Origin: a virus
Lineage: Duplodnaviria; Caudoviricetes
DNA length: 64,000 nt
Strand: one strand, 5' to 3'
IMG/VR virus record: IMGVR_UViG_3300033073_000492
Coordinates: 10,991 to 74,990 of that record
The translations under genes were made by a program, and so were the position numbers. Shown in pieces: positions 40,601-48,259 of the stretch (position 1 is its first letter; each line of letters starts with the position of its first letter). The notes beneath the pieces are model-generated. The model saw only the letters and a list, made by a program, of their open reading frames with translations. It made no database searches and was not told the origin of the DNA.

Positions 40601-43600
40601 TCTTAAACTCTAAACGATTTTGACCCACCCAGTTTAAAAACTGTGTGCTATACATTGATAAAATTTCTTCTTCATTGAAATCATTCGTTCTGAAGAAACC
40701 AGGCATAATACTTTCACGCACGATTGGTAAGTCGGCTACAACTTTAATGTTGTTGTAAACACGTTGTTCGAATTCTAAGAGAATTCTATCTCGCATATCA
40801 GTTAATATACCATTGTCATATTCACCAAATAATTTAGTGTGCGATCCATCGTGCCCTACAATAAAGTAAGTAGGTGTTAAGAATGTGTCATCCAAAACAA
40901 TCTCAGGAATTGTCTTTGGATACAATCCCATCTTCGTTGGAGTGTTAGGAACATAACTACCAAATGTTTGGTTGTATTCTTTGATGATAACCTTATCACC
41001 TGGTACAAAATTATAATTGATAGAAATTTTAGGTTCAGTTTCACTTACTATGTAATCAACATCACGAGTAAGTTGTGCTGTTACTAAGTTACCGTCAATG
41101 TTTCTAGTCACATAAATCAACACAGAATAATAGTTCGCAACAGAGAAAGAATAGATTCTACTTAGAGGGTATTCTACTGATTTAGTAAATGTGTTAAACG
41201 TATATCGTGATACTGTTTTAGGAGCCTTAGATGGAATCATATCGCTCCAATAGAATGGAGTAGATTCATTGCGGACATTAGCAATTTGATTCAAAATGTC
41301 ATCTAAGATATCGTCAATAGTATGAATAGGTGTGTAGTCACCGTTGGTAAGGGAGTTAACAATCAGTGACTTGAATTTAATATACTCAGTTGCATTATAT
41401 GATAAGGCATTGAAAATGTTATAATCTTGGTTACGCAAGAACAACGCTGGCATAGCCATTGAACCTGAGTTTTGAATAATACGAGTACCATAGTTCACTA
41501 CATTTCCTAAATCACGGTAGTTATTAGGGCCAAACGCACTTCCTTCTAGTGTGGAAATGTTGTTACAAATGCTCTTGAAGTGACCTCTGATATCCCCGGA
41601 ACTGATTGTAGTTACTTGATAGTTGAACGGATTACTATCAATATTCATCGGGATGTCATAATAACCAAACTTACTTACTTGGTCACTATAAATCATAACT
41701 TCAACACGTGAAGTATCCAACACCGTAGGGATATTAATTACAGTTGAGTTGTCGGTAATTGTAGCGGAATAAAGATCCGCACCAATGCGCTCGTTATCTA
41801 AATAGACAACTAATGTAGGCCAAGGTGTTGATGCAGAATCTTTTGGTGCAATGTCACATGTGAAGGTAGTGATATTAGCGTCAACCCCATCAAACTTGAA
41901 AATTTGATATTGAAAACTAGGTCCGGCTGCTGTAACCCAACCAAGCTGGCGTTCAAAGTTTGTTCTGTCTGTATACTTATAAACGTATCCATAGTTCACT
42001 GGCATGTTAGTAGAAACACTATCTACTACGAAGTTAAAACTTTGTGTGTTTAATGTTGCTTCAAAAAGAATATCACCGATATTGTTCACTGAACTATATG
42101 CTAACGGAACACCCAAGATAGGATCATCAGGTCCAGTGCCTACTGCAAATTGGAACAATGTACAACCAACAAAGTCACTACCACTATAATAATCTTGGTC
42201 ACCAAAACTGATACCATTAGAATCATACACATCAAACAACGGTGGTTGATTGTCGTACAGTTTTTGTTGGCTAAGATTCCAATTAGCGCCATCAAAGTGA
42301 TATGATTTACCTTGACTTACTTGACCTTGAATACAGATAACTTGGTCACCAGCTAACACTTCACCGTCAACAGCGGATGATAATGTAATAGTACTTGGTT
42401 TAGTTGAATCTACAATACTGTTACTTACTACATAAATTTTGTTTCTAACTTGTGGGTTGTTATCATTAGCAAATACAATCCTAGCACCATCAAACAATGT
42501 AACAGTTGAGCCATCAGCATTATATGAATGCTTTCCGGACACATCAGTAAATGCATCAGTAGTAGTAAAGTCAATAAAGTCAATTGGTGCTTTATATGAA
42601 GTACCGTGATTGAACAATCCTAAATTAGGATAGAATTCGATAATAGGACGTTTAGCACGTGTGTCATTGTTATTCAACGCAGCTTGTGTTATAGGGCTGT
42701 TTGGAGTATGAGCTAATGTAGTGGCTAGTACGTCATAATGAAACCATCTGTTACTACGACTCCATGCGTTGCGGTCATTGCTATTACGATTAATAGTAAT
42801 ATGGTCTTTGACTGCAGGGACTGATGTTGAACTACCGTATGCTTCTAAGTCAAATGGTTTAGTTTCATAAGGTGTACTATATGATTGGGTAAATCCTTCC
42901 GGCACGATTAATTCGTCTACTGGAATGAGGTTGATACTTGTACCAACACCCTCAACATAATAACTTTGACCTTTGTATTCATCTGGATAGATATATCCCA
43001 CAAATGTGACCTTTAGTCCATTGGTGAACTTTACGCCGTTGGGGCTAGTGTATGTTACCTGACCGATGATATCTCGCTGAACGTCAATAACATCATCAGA
43101 CAGACGGTCAACAATTCTAATCTTACCAAATCTACTTGGGTTAACGGTATCTTGATAATACAGTGTATCTAATGGAGCACTGATGAATGGAATCATTATC
43201 AAGTCACCGTAACTTGGTTTCGCAAAGTTACGATGTAAATATTTTACACCATATGTTGCTGTAATTTTAGTGTCATTAGGAATCTTATCGTATTCAGATA
43301 ACACAACTACTGTATCTAGGCCAGTGCCTACATAGTTGATTTGATAGATAGTTTCTGAAACATTTGAATAGAAACCTTCTTCAAACATTTCTGGATTTTC
43401 ACTTCCAAGATTTTCAACAGCAAACGGAACGCTATTATATAACTCACCGATGAAACCTTTATCATCAGATGTTGCTCCGTAGAAAATTAAAGTTCTTCCC
43501 TCTAAAGAATTGATACCATCAATGTTCTTCAATTGTGACAAAGGCACACCATGAATCTCATTGAACTTTTTGGTAGTTACTAAATCGACTTCAACATCTC

Positions 43601-44357
43601 CGGGAAATAACAATGATTGTTGGTCGGTTGCGTTAGGTACGTTGAATGTCATTGTACCATGTGTTGAACCGTTATTAGTCACTCCTAAAATATCACGAAC
43701 ACTTATATTAGTGTGGTTAGGATCAACACCGTCAATGCCGGGATAGCCTTGAATAAAGAATTGTGAATCTTGGTCTGTAGTAAATGTATACTTACCACCT
43801 CTCATCAAAGTGATAGTTGGGTTACCTGTGTTTAGTTTAACTGTATCAGCTTTGATGTCGAATGCATTACCGTTAACAGAAACAGTATAATCCACGTTAA
43901 AGAATGCGGCGGCGTTAGTGATGGTAACTGCTTCAGCCCCGTTAGGCAACCAATAATATTGACCGTAGTTAACCACTTTATCCAAGTCAACAAAGCTATC
44001 CCATGAATAGAACTGTTGCTTGAACAACCTGTTATGGTCTCCGGTAATTGCCCCTTCATTAGCAAGAGTATCAATCATGCCCTTGTATGTTAATAAATCT
44101 GTGACTGCGTTAGTTACTGAGTCACGAAAAACAACTGCCGGTTCTAGTTGATAATCTTCTCTTTCTTTAGACGATTCAGTGACGTATTGGTCTGTGGTTT
44201 TTACACCATAGCCAAACTTACTACCAATATAACCCTGAATCTTTTCAGTTCTAGGTTGTTGAACTAACTGGTCAAGTGTTGCACTTAAAAATTGTTCGTT
44301 AGTTTTGGTTCTAAAAATCTCTGGTAGAAAATCTATCGTTCTAACTTGTGTTACCAT
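28686..44357 (-). CDS. Giant 5223-aa virion protein, probably a baseplate wedge/fibre
   Basis: Single 15.7-kb ORF next to the gp6-like gene; FG-GAP-like and Asp-box repeats. Confidence 0.75.
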   Translation of the reverse strand: MVTQVRTIDFLPEIFRTKTNEQFLSATLDQLVQQPRTEKIQGYIGSKFGYGVKTTDQYVTESSKEREDYQLEPAVVFRDSVTNAVTDLLTYKGMIDTLANEGAITGDHNRLFKQQFYSWDSFVDLDKVVNYGQYYWLPNGAEAVTITNAAAFFNVDYTVSVNGNAFDIKADTVKLNTGNPTITLMRGGKYTFTTDQDSQFFIQGYPGIDGVDPNHTNISVRDILGVTNNGSTHGTMTFNVPNATDQQSLLFPGDVEVDLVTTKKFNEIHGVPLSQLKNIDGINSLEGRTLIFYGATSDDKGFIGELYNSVPFAVENLGSENPEMFEEGFYSNVSETIYQINYVGTGLDTVVVLSEYDKIPNDTKITATYGVKYLHRNFAKPSYGDLIMIPFISAPLDTLYYQDTVNPSRFGKIRIVDRLSDDVIDVQRDIIGQVTYTSPNGVKFTNGLKVTFVGYIYPDEYKGQSYYVEGVGTSINLIPVDELIVPEGFTQSYSTPYETKPFDLEAYGSSTSVPAVKDHITINRNSNDRNAWSRSNRWFHYDVLATTLAHTPNSPITQAALNNNDTRAKRPIIEFYPNLGLFNHGTSYKAPIDFIDFTTTDAFTDVSGKHSYNADGSTVTLFDGARIVFANDNNPQVRNKIYVVSNSIVDSTKPSTITLSSAVDGEVLAGDQVICIQGQVSQGKSYHFDGANWNLSQQKLYDNQPPLFDVYDSNGISFGDQDYYSGSDFVGCTLFQFAVGTGPDDPILGVPLAYSSVNNIGDILFEATLNTQSFNFVVDSVSTNMPVNYGYVYKYTDRTNFERQLGWVTAAGPSFQYQIFKFDGVDANITTFTCDIAPKDSASTPWPTLVVYLDNERIGADLYSATITDNSTVINIPTVLDTSRVEVMIYSDQVSKFGYYDIPMNIDSNPFNYQVTTISSGDIRGHFKSICNNISTLEGSAFGPNNYRDLGNVVNYGTRIIQNSGSMAMPALFLRNQDYNIFNALSYNATEYIKFKSLIVNSLTNGDYTPIHTIDDILDDILNQIANVRNESTPFYWSDMIPSKAPKTVSRYTFNTFTKSVEYPLSRIYSFSVANYYSVLIYVTRNIDGNLVTAQLTRDVDYIVSETEPKISINYNFVPGDKVIIKEYNQTFGSYVPNTPTKMGLYPKTIPEIVLDDTFLTPTYFIVGHDGSHTKLFGEYDNGILTDMRDRILLEFEQRVYNNIKVVADLPIVRESIMPGFFRTNDFNEEEILSMYSTQFLNWVGQNRLEFKSQYFNASNEFTWNYGQCRDKVTNQPFHHGNWRGIYMDLYDTTRPHLSPWEMIGYTNKPSWWDKRYGTGPYTSDNTLLWGDLEKGLDWNDGNPYIEEYFQRPGLKDVLPVDTYGNLVSPMKSIVGFSDIGSINRDWKVGDMSPAEFSYQKSSTWPFDLMRLYALTKPPAFFTQGIDLDAYRYNSEFDQFLIFNRLRAAPSNLTIYGQGRGGTRAEIDSTAQHGYAAWVVDYLQQFGVNGSAIIADFIKNIKVSLTYRVGGFTDKSMLKFYVEKSSPNSSNSSLLIPEESYSVLLYNNQPFDTITYSSIIVQKSKNGFNVFGNSQNKAYFKAFTPKFNGNYETVTVNNISVKITKEYTDAITYYPYGHEFSTPQALCEFLINYGRFLTNSGMVFDLVENNLLVDWKQMVAELLYWIQSGWEVGSTINVNPAAKQLKVNRKNAVVQSLAKNYENYALDQNLIPIQMKDLGVYRNRNEFRLIPMNEEDTLSFFVANLSNMEHVVIFDNTTVFNDTIFNLTTGLRQQRMFVRGLRTSDWDGSFDTGGFILNQDNITAWVPNQKYTKGEIVYNKNSYWVANSMIKPGIDFSKQDWIKTDYEKIPKGMLPNASNRAYESTLYYDSNRSNLNNDADLLGFSLVGYRPRDYLSQANIPDLSQFNVFKNIIKSKGTTGAMGALQGASLVQGDVDYTIYENWAIKSGEFGGVSNQNFVEIALDKNLLNGNPVVVGLSDGVDTPGVQQEVLIHSLANYGRVVNTPDILATIPTTNPDDEVLKSAGYIMFDDVRFAAYNFAGLNNVAIDDLYKNDYVWIADYQNDWGVYTPITSVSGSSATHVINVINNLDGTVTVQYSNVHGVSVDDMIGIAHFDSRVDGFYRVINVPSLTTIIIVLNLDPSTTNISGFGMPIGLLSHRISTPSDIKNLPLLDNEFRKNTVWVDTGADGNWEVYRKSINYSGVNIPSYGSTTTFGNSVAYHPKLGYFIADAGKQRVHRVTYNSDTGATSPQETLAPLFSKTTPNTFGTNIVVQGDMLFISQPDPLGTNSFIWIYKLVSTDKIQRAVYQQYLWVTGGGIGEVMTASGDTNYLYASASSYGGVVAFQKNVNKFIDSTAIQVKDKILSGSTSFTVFGNKVVDLPVGEDVTFANDPYSPTYAIVTSKYISGTNSTIFFVDSPILLDIEALTEVYTSSINYTYVGAFTAGTDPSDGFAQSLATDYTGKMIFIGAPYFDASYEQQDTGMAFVFERLVENFEVQLDSPPYSIAAFKLPWPTSNIYGYAPGSAVISVNGERLPDDYVRIFSFPNEDDPTVGETTILIGISVYAGDKITVDTARVVEKQILNVYDDPSGIVPGARFSMGLDCNVFGSDLIIGAPRYVDPASNAEGTASRFINEGKKYGVINGLQSVQMYLYQAVDILINGFRVSIPAGTAQDIADAINATSIDNVEAIAVPMAGFEEDRNSDKLQIRLIDSTLGPANDKLTLSVFNGSVLYYLGISEYTKVDTFINPHGDKGSNFGQAVKFSEQGSVLISAPKGSRYVGTTIDFTDDELNHNDTVFDNNFTQFIDSNRNAGAVYLYDYIAEYNESLTNAGTFMYSQILVDDSEDYGVEPQFGLSLFFRHNKIIVGSPKFKPSEVGGRVTLFENNSGVSNWQTFRKSNPIVDINKVQKVQLYNTHTNEIIAPLDYIDPIQGKLLGAVRENIDFISYADPAGYNNPAVYVGNIVWGKEQVGSIWFDPSNTRFVNYHQNDVVYNSKYWGKVFPGSAVTVYTWVESFVTPSFYAGPGVPYDLESYATAVGVDSSDTLVSKYYFWVRNTNTVFVESGKTLSDSVIESYISNPQQSGISYFAPYSSSVFGLHNVSDALSFDSSLFVGFSSSDLDNPSHSKFELIRDGSPDDFLPGFPVAYNRLSEPTGLYLKLLDSFAGLDARGALVPNPYLPKMMKVGISNNPNQSLFANRLQALFVYLSRVNEILIQYPVYEFKEASFLMASGSNYDTTAFWNYVNWWADGYSDSTRPIIEVNKYQELYTLDAVEGMIAGVQSNSSGRYETYAYINSTWTRVGLENGTIQFSNKLWDYGTSGIGLGSSFFDVDNFDTYPSAETRHIIRAINEQLFVGEMFKYRNECLILVFEYIQSENIGSNQYLPWLNKTSFIDVGNKVRDLITTPKYQKDDTDMLYGYINEVKPYHAVIKDFYLQYAGTETYNSGITDFDLPSLYTSELLTFASPQLTYGAEKTNQYNSSNTIWNHQEYNNWIQHIGMTLTGEKEAQVALVAKYVTVADNQIYVDNAYGLPVQGTIKIDNELITYSKVDRVKGRLYNLNRGVEGTTVSVHFPGVKISMDLPGVIITDSGRDYIDPPKIEARIDTTKYIAPKRDAVLTAIMSGDKVIGVTVNDPGEGYVAVPEIYIAPSISAGFNESMMNFGDNTIVIPTQEFVTGDLVRFVILSEDADELTQELIGLTPESFYYVNVASKFDDGINSLISLHTSYVTAKSGDHRVELYYKGDAVAEALEPITEMEYALEIAAKASPIIKNAFTREIKTVMKYDRTSYGSTVQEWQPGMFWPSPFNSLGNDASSDTGLYDPEASIAQTSWQGSVVDITGVDGTDGTAVVTVDYSHSNGLQPGQIKGLKMYFYKTFPAYQYDDTGTTFDKAYIEDDQLYVEVFPGNSYPENGDRVYGVGVLPDTYIISDDGTVVNTGVTYRVYTVSSVQSVNETKMNTLGGAKFKIYRPRFDPTAISNSYYIIMEEAGFKYSDGDRIKVFGTELGGRDGVNDFYLDIVYTTAFKGISIYDISGVAKGEFTMYYANPVSQDQIKVYADSAFKIPVLINKFNFVPGDSIFVPEPFTTSAGYKYVVTATVVYQDVVYRCIQSNSDYIFDPNKWTPVSSDDRSLNAIDRVISYYKPTSTMPGNWLQVLQGVTYPYNIYRGNVFAPSDELPLDIILQDQPFYPRDISITGITYDGAYYVASANSKDHSLVMTSTDGINWDTFKLSNKVLNATGIATTNAPSYLITTTTSVSPVMLSFDLTNWQTIGEFTPYDVVIFGDSGFDSTGLKAPTKPMNDIIYVNETFYAVGTEIIRSRDGLVWESIYNFGSSLPNELKSVLAIDSDYFAGFIAVGYGISVTSGAGTAMPQLDQVGRVLLSMDGNTWNPVTPRGTNEQLNAITASQNTIVIAGSNATIMYAHNKTTTDMLDPALWTVGTVNDASPTDTINDAYYADGTFVLVGNNGLVLTSTTGIYWDVATSNVTHDLNTITFDGEYFIAAGSHGIIIRSNTQGSTWENVSYITTKAPSYDIKGDDFVSGYGPEELVAGIINDSLSMRVRTKPGTFWDNDEITQDFKYGYTGFNMQTTRGVLDVYNQISFDNIVENPAQINVFVLDSNERYVRVYENYTYTINWVTKTITFNNPTDAQILVEVYEVGNGRQIVRTNSQTTPLRVNEFGNSMFVLPYSFTPSVALFSVNNINIDPLIYHNGTKLVYGTDFSLHVIDGNTYINFETLYDDSVDYFSLVILSDTVVPEYNELLYSYSIPETEVFAYVDSTEFALSNYTGGDNADNAIVEINGYRCNSADYTIDTENNLLTVVASLSEGDLVAITTFYDTKRQNLKTITTDGLRVAPIHFVDRAVTPVMIVASEDHGLVDTDQVHIDGLKGSTQLNNDVYYVKVLDSYVWEGKTYYPIELYRDFEIFGGNPVFALPVEGGAVSTYVSGGYIWKDSETVEVINNAIEYTAGDRTWVTINGQRVDPSNLRFHGANKLNIMTKLTPTDNIIITSMVSEATPGMMEFNLSVDKNGMGSVYRIKEDVWLTEPFYTYQDVMHVNDSRKIVSNVVEDVYVTSNDNKLVAALTYKIEDLSGAVVYNKSTLTTLDRKQYVIRNIDSRPHVVFTTGVSLNDELVVTLQIGHMIEVNGEKIRFRNIDHATNTISGLTRGVNMTGIVKVHNQYDYVHGLNDKVMLNPDYYTSVWNSTNFLPYGDPLQLSTNAPGKFLNTGNY

Positions 44358-44376
44358 TATAATTACCTATATTATA

Positions 44377-47300
44377 TTATCTACTTATCTGTAGTTCAGT
44401 TGGTGTTAATGAAGAAATGACTGTGATATCATTGGCAGTTGCGGCATTAACAAAAATCTCATATGGTGCGCTACGAATCTCATACAATTCACCAAAACTT
44501 AATTTTGGATCGCTCGGTACTAGAACAACCGAGTTTACTAAATCGCCTATAGTGCTGTGTAAGTATGCACTTAGTTCTGAGAAATAGAATGTGTCACCAA
44601 ACGTCCAGTTATCAATACTGAAATAGTTATTAATCTCTGTGATAACAGACGATTTGATTTCGCTATCACTGGCTGTAGTACCTGATGCTTTAATAACTTT
44701 GATAGTTGCACGTAGACTAGGATCAGCTTTAGAACCAAACAATGGCTTAAAACGAACACTGTTGAAGATTACGCTATCGGTTACCATCTTGTATTCATTT
44801 ACTTTACTATATGTTTGATTCAATTCATTGATACTAGGTGCAATTGGTTCTGGTATCACGCCGGTTGAATCATTAATCCAACTTTGATACGCAGTATAAT
44901 AACTCTGAGTCAATACATACAAGTCAATAATATTACTTGTTGCTGGATCAACACGTGAAGTGTTTCCAGAAGTATGCTTATACTGGAAGTACAATCCTTG
45001 ACGACCTGTAACTGCTGAATAGTTTGATACTTCAACAATGGACACAATGTTTTCTACCGTTGAACTTTCCACTGAGGTATAGAATTTATTTGTGGCAGGC
45101 GTGTAAAATACTTGACCTACAGGGTACTCGTACTTGACTACTTCAATACCGGCTACAGTGCTGTATGTGTAAACTACATCTGATGTAGGTAACATTTCAT
45201 ATCTAGATAACATGTTTGAATCTGTTATCTGCTTGAAGAATACAAAATATTTTCCATTTACAGTATTGTTGTACCCAGTAATTCTTTGGAAGAAGTCAGG
45301 ATCCAACAACACATTCTTGTTGTTCAAGTCAGTAGAAGAAACTTCAATTGCATAGTCATCAACAAAACCATCGGTTTCAACATAACGTCCAACTACGTTT
45401 AACTTAGTATCTGAAATTAATGATGAGTTGCTATCAGGCTTGCTATTTGATTTCAAAACAGTAATAGTATCTTTCATAGCTTTACCTGTCATAGGATCGA
45501 ACACAACTTTATCACCTTCAAATGTGAATCTAATATCTTTTACACTGCCAAAGAAGTATGCAACTGATTTGTACGTTACTAGATAACGGTCAGTACCTAT
45601 GTTCTTAAAATTAACAACGTAGTCAGTGTTTGGATAATCAGTAACACTCCAGCGAACTTGTGTGCTTAATATAGAATTATCAAATACTAAACTGAAACTT
45701 TGATTCAATATTGTTCGCTGAATACATTCTTGTAAGACTACGTTTGGTATAACGTTACCAAAGCCAGGTATTACTTCTTTTGCAATTGCGCCTTCTGGTA
45801 CAGGACTGCTAATAGTAATAGGACCTTTCCCAGTAGTGATGTTTCCTAAACCATTGTTATAACCATCAGTAACCACTCCCAATATAGTTGACCAGATATA
45901 AGTCTTATCATTCTCGCCGGGGATACCTGAAATTAGTTTATTCTTAGTATTGAAGTAATAACCTGCCGGTGCAACAAACTTAATATGAGCACCTTGCGTG
46001 AAATACTTTGCAGGACTTGCACTATATGCCCCAACAGGAATTGGCAACACTGTTCCATTGTATGTTGTTTTGAAATACCCAGTAGATGATAGTGCGTTCA
46101 TTGAGGTTTGATTCCAAACAACATCAACATATGTGTTTGCGCCATATAGTTGTTTAACTTCATATCTAGGATGATTTTGGATATAATATTGAAGAACTCT
46201 GTGTTCTTGTAATACCTTTGCCAAATCTTGTGTTAAGAATGCGGCAACATCACTAGTTGTGTTAAATGTGAAGTTAAAGTACCCATCATTCTCATCTACA
46301 TACAATCCACCATCCTCGGCAAAATTGTTTGTACTTGAATATTTTGCAGTTGGATCAAGCAAATCTAAGTTACGAGAAACGCCCACTGATGAACGGTTCA
46401 ATGCTTTTGACTTAATGATAGAACTGTACAGTGTATATGGGAAGTTGTTATAATCCTCACCGTTAACCATACGATTTTGTGTGTAGTAACGAGTTGGCGC
46501 ACGTTCTTTAATACTTGCTAAACTCTCACGAGTTTGAGCATTGTTGACTGGTAAAGTTAACTCAAGTGTCAATGTCAATGTTTCGATACGATTGGTTCTA
46601 CTTACATATGGGATGTTGATTGTAGTGCCTTGCAGTTCTACAGGATCGATGCTATATGTCATTGCATTACCAGAACGGACAAACGCTCTAAACATTCCGC
46701 TAGGAATTTGACTGAATACCCCATCGCCGAATGTGTAGCTTACAGTATCGTTAAACCCTGATAACACTGAGAATACCTTTTTACTGCTACTACCTGATTG
46801 TAGATATGAATTAGCATACACACTATCAACTTGCTGCCAAGGAGATAGATTACCAGTTACCGGATCAATTTCGTATAACCATGTATCGCTATCATTAACA
46901 AACTCGATAGGAATATTAACTAGTTGGTTACTAACTTGTTGAGTCAATGTAAAATCATAAGTCTGCAATGAACCTTGCTTAAAGTATACAAAGAAACCTG
47001 TGTTAGGACTTCCGTAACCCAAGTTATCGTTACGGTATAGCATGTTTAAAACACCATTTGGTGCTGGTGCTTGTTCGTAAATATATTCTTGGTTTAGACT
47101 TGAGGTACTAACAACTTCAAAGCTAGTCGCTTCACCATTGATGCTAGCGGCAAACGGAATTGCAGGTGAAGTATTTGTAGGTAAGTTAATTGAGTACTCA
47201 TCAGTTTTCACCCCCAGAATCATATTTGAATGTCCCGGACGTCCTATGCGTTGAGTATTAACTAAAGCTGAGTTCAATACAGAATTGAACTGTTCTTGCC

Positions 47301-47754
47301 AATTTGGGTTGGCAGGGTCGTTCCATAGTACATTCACATTGTTAAGATACAATCCGTTGATATCTCTTACTTGTTCTGTTGTTTGGACGCTAGAAATCTT
47401 TAAATAACCCTGCCCAGCAATATTGCGCTTAGGGGTATATCCAACCAAGTTAGCTAACTTCACTACTGAATCTCTACGTTCAGCCGTATCAATGAAGTTT
47501 TCACGTGCGTTTAGGTCATCACGGAACGCAAGTGCTTGTCCCATATATGCAATGATATCCAGCAACGCAATGTATTCTGAACTTTCAGTATAATCGTTGA
47601 ACGTTTCTGGATAATTAATACGCAGATAATCAATGAAACTCTTACGCAGAGTCTCATAATCGTAACTTTGTAGGTCAGCTTGACTGAACGTTTGGTAAAT
47701 TGCTTTCCAATCGTTGACGCCGAAGATTGATGATTGTCGTGAGGATGTAGCCAT
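44377..47754 (-). CDS. gp6: Baseplate wedge subunit, T4 gp6-like
   Basis: ENFIDTA.RRDSV.KLA.LVGY.PKR, FGDGVF, ES..SIKERAP..Y.TQNRMV.GEDY; ATAAATA at 47772-47778. Confidence 0.85.
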   Translation of the reverse strand: MATSSRQSSIFGVNDWKAIYQTFSQADLQSYDYETLRKSFIDYLRINYPETFNDYTESSEYIALLDIIAYMGQALAFRDDLNARENFIDTAERRDSVVKLANLVGYTPKRNIAGQGYLKISSVQTTEQVRDINGLYLNNVNVLWNDPANPNWQEQFNSVLNSALVNTQRIGRPGHSNMILGVKTDEYSINLPTNTSPAIPFAASINGEATSFEVVSTSSLNQEYIYEQAPAPNGVLNMLYRNDNLGYGSPNTGFFVYFKQGSLQTYDFTLTQQVSNQLVNIPIEFVNDSDTWLYEIDPVTGNLSPWQQVDSVYANSYLQSGSSSKKVFSVLSGFNDTVSYTFGDGVFSQIPSGMFRAFVRSGNAMTYSIDPVELQGTTINIPYVSRTNRIETLTLTLELTLPVNNAQTRESLASIKERAPTRYYTQNRMVNGEDYNNFPYTLYSSIIKSKALNRSSVGVSRNLDLLDPTAKYSSTNNFAEDGGLYVDENDGYFNFTFNTTSDVAAFLTQDLAKVLQEHRVLQYYIQNHPRYEVKQLYGANTYVDVVWNQTSMNALSSTGYFKTTYNGTVLPIPVGAYSASPAKYFTQGAHIKFVAPAGYYFNTKNKLISGIPGENDKTYIWSTILGVVTDGYNNGLGNITTGKGPITISSPVPEGAIAKEVIPGFGNVIPNVVLQECIQRTILNQSFSLVFDNSILSTQVRWSVTDYPNTDYVVNFKNIGTDRYLVTYKSVAYFFGSVKDIRFTFEGDKVVFDPMTGKAMKDTITVLKSNSKPDSNSSLISDTKLNVVGRYVETDGFVDDYAIEVSSTDLNNKNVLLDPDFFQRITGYNNTVNGKYFVFFKQITDSNMLSRYEMLPTSDVVYTYSTVAGIEVVKYEYPVGQVFYTPATNKFYTSVESSTVENIVSIVEVSNYSAVTGRQGLYFQYKHTSGNTSRVDPATSNIIDLYVLTQSYYTAYQSWINDSTGVIPEPIAPSINELNQTYSKVNEYKMVTDSVIFNSVRFKPLFGSKADPSLRATIKVIKASGTTASDSEIKSSVITEINNYFSIDNWTFGDTFYFSELSAYLHSTIGDLVNSVVLVPSDPKLSFGELYEIRSAPYEIFVNAATANDITVISSLTPTELQISR

Positions 47755-47801
47755 ATCTATTCTCTTTTATGTATTTATCATACATAAAAATGGCGTTTTT
47801 C

Positions 47802-48251
47802 TTAGATACCGAATGCTTTACTTGCTTGTTGGTCGAAGTAAATTGAGAGACTCTTGGCCTCGTTGAAGGGTGCTATAGCTAATTCAATTTCTAACAAAAT
47901 ACCGTTATCCTGAGGATATGCGTTTATTGTATTAAGAATAAGTCTAGAGTCGAGACTTGCAACTCGTCTAATCTCTGCTTGAATTTGAGCTTGGGTATCA
48001 GCAACGTTTGGTTCAAATATAAAAGACCATAATGTTGTTCCGTAACTAGGTTGTCCGGGTTTCTGCCCTACGGGGATATTCAATGCATTGACGAAATCCT
48101 GTATCACCAATTGCTCGTCGGTTATGTTAAATTTTTTACCAGTGCCAGGTGCGCCCACCAATTGTCCTACACCACCTTCTACACCGGGTTTAACTCTAGG
48201 AGGTCTTGGTTCTCCTGTATGCTGTGTTGAAAATCCGTTGAATGTTGCCAT
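47802..48251 (-). CDS. gp25: Baseplate wedge subunit, T4 gp25-like
   Basis: LNIPVGQKPGQPSYGT.LW.FIFEP...EIRRV...DSR. Confidence 0.85.
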   Translation of the reverse strand: MATFNGFSTQHTGEPRPPRVKPGVEGGVGQLVGAPGTGKKFNITDEQLVIQDFVNALNIPVGQKPGQPSYGTTLWSFIFEPNVADTQAQIQAEIRRVASLDSRLILNTINAYPQDNGILLEIELAIAPFNEAKSLSIYFDQQASKAFGI

Positions 48252-48259
48252 AATGATAT

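Noticed and set aside
28686-44357. Intein or mobile insertion explaining the size of the giant ORF
   Set aside because: No Hint N- or C-terminal motifs (C/S start, HN-C/S/T end) or LAGLIDADG/HNH motifs were seen; composition is uniform.
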